A stretch of 10,203 nucleotides of DNA. Source: Candidatus Rifleibacteriota bacterium. Its GTDB lineage: Bacteria; Muiribacteriota; Ozemobacteria; Ozemobacterales; Ozemobacteraceae. The notes beneath the pieces were generated by a model, which saw only the letters and a program-made list of their open reading frames with translations, was not told where the DNA came from and made no database searches. The DNA is taken from positions 1-10,203 of the forward strand of contig JBNJGH010000114.1 of assembly GCA_051747585.1 (NCBI GenBank). The letters run 5' to 3'. The translations under genes and the position numbers were made by a program. Positions 6,575 through 10,203 of the stretch are shown here, piece by piece. How positions within the stretch are numbered: position 1 is the stretch's first letter; each line of letters opens with the position of its first letter.

Positions 6575-8995
6575 ATGTTCTACCTGATTTTGATTGCTTT
6601 TATCGGAGCTCTTATATGCTTCCCGCTCTTTTTTGTAATGTGGGTTATTCATAGTATAAGAGCTCTTCTCAGACAACTATCATTACAGCAGGAAGAAAAT
6701 GAGAGACTAACCAATAGATTTTTACGGCTGCAAAGCTCTTTTTGCAAGCTCGAAAAAAAGATTGAAGATGCCTGCCTGCCTGAAACAAGTAGTATAAGTT
6801 CTACCGATACGCCAATTCCAGAAGACAATAAGCCCAAAGAGACTGCACAAAAAGAATTAATTGGCAAAATCGCTGACAGAAAATTACCGACAAAATCCCT
6901 ATCCGAAAGCGAAAGCGCAACTGCTTCAATTAATCCCTCTAAGCATTCTCCAAAGCCTCAAGCGCTTACTCCTGAAAAAGTTCCCTCTTCCGCTAAAATA
7001 TCAAAATCCAAGGGAAACGGACAAATTCCGGTGGCTGAGCCAAAACCTTATCCGCCAACTGCACCTTCTTCTGTTAAGGCAGACTGGGCTAATATTGACA
7101 TGGAATCACTTATCGGCGGGAATTTAATGAGCAAAGTTGGGGCATTACTTCTGGTAATCGGCCTGGCTCTCTTTTTAAAATATAGTCTGGGTTCAATGGG
7201 GCCACTGGCCAAGCTTTCTGCCGGCGCACTATTAGGTGCTCTGCTTCTTGCCTGGGGCATTGTTCAACATAAAAACGACAGTAATCAGGTTTTAAGCCTT
7301 GGCCTTATCGGCGGTGGCTGGGCCTGTCTATATTTGACTGCTTTTGCAGCCCATGGGGTAGAAGCTACAAAAGTGCTTGAATCCCCCCTGGCCGGCATGG
7401 CATTAATCCTTGCTGTCGCCACCGGTATGATTTTTCATTCACTGCGCTTTACTTCTGAAACGGCCACCGGCCTGGCATTTCTCTTTGCTTTTATAGCCCT
7501 TTTTGTCAGCGAAGTTTCACTCTATTCTGAGATAGCAGCGGTTATTTTAACCATTGGTATGCTCGTTCTTTCTTTTCATTATTCCTGGCACCAGCTTGCC
7601 GTTTCGGGTCTAATATTGACCTATGGTTCTATGCTGGCACGACTTCACTGGTGTGCACCAGCTTCTGAGTTGAGTGCCATGGCACAGTTATCATTTGTGC
7701 AAATTTTGCTGCTTATAAACTGGGCAACTTTTGAACTTCTGGGAATGAACTTTATTCGTCGCAAAGGTTTACAAAGCGAAGAGCCGACCCGCTTCATTTT
7801 TATCGCCAACTTTTTTGCCTACTCAATAATTTCTTTGTTTTCATGGCCCTCTGAGGCTTCTTGCTCCCTGCTTGCCGGGTTACTGGGCCTTCAATATCTA
7901 ATAAGTGGACCCATACGCGGTTTCTGGTGCAGGGCGCCGGGTGAGGCGGCAATTGAACGACAAAGCTTTTTTCTTGGCTCTTTTGAGGACAGTCTTGCGA
8001 TTGCAGTTGCTTCGAGTTGTGTGTGGTTGTGGTATGTGTTACCGGCAGTAGGCGTCGCTATCGGCTGGGCACTTATCGGTCTGCTGACCATAGAAATTGC
8101 TTTCCGCGCCCCATGGCAGTTACTGCGCTTCACGGGCCATTCTATTATGACCCTCACCTTTTTCAGGGTTTTTGTGGGCAACATGAGTGCTGACGATTTA
8201 AGCATGGGTATTTCTTACAGGCTGATTTCTGTGCTTCCCATAATTGCGCTAATGGTTCATCTGCATTTTAGAACTAATGTTGAAATGGATTTCGAATCGG
8301 TGCCTGGCGGTGGCACCAGATTCTTTGCACCGGTTTACCTGTATTTTGCGACAGCATTAGCGGCTTTTCTGCTGCGCTTTGAAATCGGTCCGGGTCTTAC
8401 AGCTCCCGCCTGGGCACTGGTAGCTGTTGTCTTAACTCTGCTGGGCAATAAAATAAATAATCCGCATCTCGCCAGACAGGCAATTATATTGATGGCAGGC
8501 GCTTTGGCCTTTGGTTTGAGCACAGACTTTCGTAATGACGGCGCAGGATTTGCTACATCAAGCCCTTGGGCAATCGGCACTATTACAATTTTTGCCATGT
8601 ATCTTTGCCGGAAGCTGGCCAAAAATGATGACACCCACGCAAAAGACTCTCTGGTAAGCTTTTTTGATCTTCATAGAAAGCAGATCTGCTCGCTTGCCGG
8701 TTCTTTTTCGCTTGCCTTTCTTTTGTATTTGCAGATTTCCGGAGGTTATTTAACCTTAGCCTGGGCCGCCATGGGCATCAGCCTGCTGCTTGCCGGATTC
8801 TTTATCAGAGACCGGGCGCTTCGTCTTACCGGTCTGAGCGCTGCAATGATTTGCATACTTAAAGTATTTCTCTATGACGCCCGCGTTTTGGACGCTCCAT
8901 TGCGCATTTTAGCCTTTATATGTCTGGGTGGAGCATTGTTACTCATATCTTTGGCCTACACCAAGTTTAAAGACCGCTTTCAGGAGTTGTTGTAA
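6575..8995 (+). CDS. DUF2339-family polytopic membrane protein
   Basis: 806 aa with GAGGA RBS at 6565-6569. N-terminal TM helix, coiled-coil-like segment and Ser/Pro/Lys-rich linker. Then the family-like motif DMESLIGGNLMSKVGALLLVIGLALFLKYS, many hydrophobic helices, and C-terminal LKVFLYD...RILAFICLGGALLLISLAY. Confidence 0.85.
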   Translation: MFYLILIAFIGALICFPLFFVMWVIHSIRALLRQLSLQQEENERLTNRFLRLQSSFCKLEKKIEDACLPETSSISSTDTPIPEDNKPKETAQKELIGKIADRKLPTKSLSESESATASINPSKHSPKPQALTPEKVPSSAKISKSKGNGQIPVAEPKPYPPTAPSSVKADWANIDMESLIGGNLMSKVGALLLVIGLALFLKYSLGSMGPLAKLSAGALLGALLLAWGIVQHKNDSNQVLSLGLIGGGWACLYLTAFAAHGVEATKVLESPLAGMALILAVATGMIFHSLRFTSETATGLAFLFAFIALFVSEVSLYSEIAAVILTIGMLVLSFHYSWHQLAVSGLILTYGSMLARLHWCAPASELSAMAQLSFVQILLLINWATFELLGMNFIRRKGLQSEEPTRFIFIANFFAYSIISLFSWPSEASCSLLAGLLGLQYLISGPIRGFWCRAPGEAAIERQSFFLGSFEDSLAIAVASSCVWLWYVLPAVGVAIGWALIGLLTIEIAFRAPWQLLRFTGHSIMTLTFFRVFVGNMSADDLSMGISYRLISVLPIIALMVHLHFRTNVEMDFESVPGGGTRFFAPVYLYFATALAAFLLRFEIGPGLTAPAWALVAVVLTLLGNKINNPHLARQAIILMAGALAFGLSTDFRNDGAGFATSSPWAIGTITIFAMYLCRKLAKNDDTHAKDSLVSFFDLHRKQICSLAGSFSLAFLLYLQISGGYLTLAWAAMGISLLLAGFFIRDRALRLTGLSAAMICILKVFLYDARVLDAPLRILAFICLGGALLLISLAYTKFKDRFQELL

Positions 8996-9946
8996 ATGAA
9001 CACTAAATATTCATTGATTGTTGTTGGCCTGATGCTTCTGGCAGCCGGAATCTTAATTATTATGGACAACCCCGATTCGCAGGCTAACCTTTCAAGTGTT
9101 ATGGAACTACTTGGTGACGCCCAGCAGACGGCAACCAAGCCGTTAATGATGACTACTAAGGTTTCTGCCGCCGAGGAACAGAAACTGGGCAAACGCCTTT
9201 CAAGCTATATGCGTTTTCGCTCTAACGAGAACAACAATGAAGATTTTAAAAAATCACAGGCTTATGTTACCCGTCTAGGCAAGTCATTGCTAAGCGAAAT
9301 TGAGCGAAAAGAAATTCAGTATGAATTTCATTTAATTGATAACAAAACTGTCAATGCATTTGCTTTGCCCGGCGGGCAAATATTTGTGTTTACCGGCCTG
9401 CTTGATTTTGTAAAATCAGAAGCGGAGCTTGCCACTATTCTAGGCCATGAAATCTCTCATGTAGACGCAAAACATTGCATAGAACTCTTTCAGGCAGAGT
9501 TGGCCGCAAAAAAAATCGGCGGCCCTTTACTCGACAATATTTTGGCGCAGATTGCCATGCGGTATGCTACAATGGTTATTACCGGCGGATATCGTAAGTT
9601 TCAGGAATTCGAAGCCGATGCCGGCGGCTTCAGGCTCGCAGCTTTAGCAGGATATGATCCTGGTGCCAGCGAAGAGGTAATGAAAAGACTCGGCAGAAAG
9701 TTTTCCCGAAACAGTAGCCGCCAGAAGGCCCATAATCCTCTGGCAGAGGCAGGCAAAATGGTTGTGGTAGCTGCCAATAATTACTTTGCTTCACACCCGC
9801 CGACCAGCGAAAGAGTAAGCAAAATCAGAGCGTTGTGCTCCAAATTCCAGAAAGTGGGTAAGCGCTTTTATCGCGGCAAAAAGAATTTGCAAAAGCGTAA
9901 AGTCATGCAGGTGTTACGGCTTGAAGAAGAATTCGTAACTTACTGA
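8996..9946 (+). CDS. M48-family zinc metallopeptidase (BepA/LoiP/Oma1-like, no TPR domain)
   Basis: 316 aa. N-terminal hydrophobic anchor/signal, EEQKLG, VNAFALPGGQIFVFTGLL, ELATILGHEISHV (HExxH, 9446-9460), EFEAD third ligand, GYDP, ASHPPTSER. AGGAG at 8982-8986 lies inside the upstream gene and the junction reads TAA-ATG. Confidence 0.92.
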   Translation: MNTKYSLIVVGLMLLAAGILIIMDNPDSQANLSSVMELLGDAQQTATKPLMMTTKVSAAEEQKLGKRLSSYMRFRSNENNNEDFKKSQAYVTRLGKSLLSEIERKEIQYEFHLIDNKTVNAFALPGGQIFVFTGLLDFVKSEAELATILGHEISHVDAKHCIELFQAELAAKKIGGPLLDNILAQIAMRYATMVITGGYRKFQEFEADAGGFRLAALAGYDPGASEEVMKRLGRKFSRNSSRQKAHNPLAEAGKMVVVAANNYFASHPPTSERVSKIRALCSKFQKVGKRFYRGKKNLQKRKVMQVLRLEEEFVTY

Positions 9947-9948
9947 CA

Positions 9949-9971
9949 AGCCAACTGTAAGTTAGTTGGTT
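9949..9971 (+). terminator. Hairpin just after the M48 stop codon, possible weak terminator
   Basis: AGCCAACT-gtaagtt-AGTTGGTT forms an 8 bp stem with one G-U pair. No proper U-tract follows. Confidence 0.3.
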
Positions 9972-10154
9972 CGATACTCGAGATCCGATATCGACTACGA
10001 AATAAACAATATTGAGTTGAGCTCGTGCTGAGCGGAGTCGAAGTGAACCAATCTAAATGTCTTGAAACGGTTCGAAATTTTCTGAAATGATTTTAATTTT
10101 TCGATCCCGAATTGCGATGATTGTTCGGGTGTCGGAATCGATATCGTAATCGAT
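9971..10154. repeat. TCGA/CGAT-rich imperfect repeat region with inverted arms
   Basis: Eight TCGA sites (9971, 9978, 9991, 10038, 10072, 10101, 10138, 10150). CGATATCGACTACGA (9986-10000) and TCGGAATCGATATCG (10132-10146) are a 13/15 inverted pair. CCCGAA/TTCGGG hairpin at 10106-10129. Confidence 0.55.
10022..10045. repeat. REP-like interspersed repeat unit (GCTGAGCGGAGTCGAAG)
   Basis: CTCGTGCTGAGCGGAGTCGAAGTG resembles the CTGAGC-N4-TCGAAG / CTTCGA-N4-GCTCAG class of intergenic repeats I recall from diverse bacteria. Only one copy is in the window, so its repetitive nature is not shown here. Confidence 0.45.
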
Positions 10155-10203
10155 AAAACAAGTTTAATCTGCAATGAAAGACTTCAGAAGACTCCTTGAC
10201 CGA

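Noticed and set aside
6406..9192. ORFs 6406-6654, 6649-6867, 6861-7127, 7048-7260, 7891-8205, 8335-8634, 8980-9192
   Set aside because: Out-of-frame or antisense overlaps with the DUF2339 and M48 genes, with no independent support.
10174..10203. Possible gene start MKDFRRLLDR, reminiscent of four-helix-bundle protein N-termini (MxDFRxLxVW)
   Set aside because: Only 10 codons are visible, there is no clear RBS, and the VW is absent. It cannot be supported without downstream sequence.

Overview
Bacterial DNA of moderate GC content with all supportable genes on the + strand. In order: the 3' part of a pilin/pseudopilin-like gene (frame open from base 3, longer than the ORF track shows); a trifunctional LplT-Aas fusion (MFS transporter, PlsC acyltransferase, acyl-ACP synthetase); a secreted protein with a divergent CE4/NodB-like deacetylase domain; a secreted conserved hypothetical protein; and a DUF2339-type membrane protein translationally coupled to an M48 zinc metallopeptidase. 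The theme is cell envelope and lipid maintenance. The less ordinary signals lie between genes: GTGTCCC motifs with micro-duplications (333-391), a ~240 bp inverted-repeat-bounded element carrying a 35-codon ORF with an RBS (6201-6440), and a TCGA-rich cluster of nested inverted and REP-like repeats (9949-10154). No rRNA, tRNA, CRISPR array, transposase or integrase was recognised. I cannot demonstrate a complete novel system from this window alone, so the leads are ranked as hypotheses.
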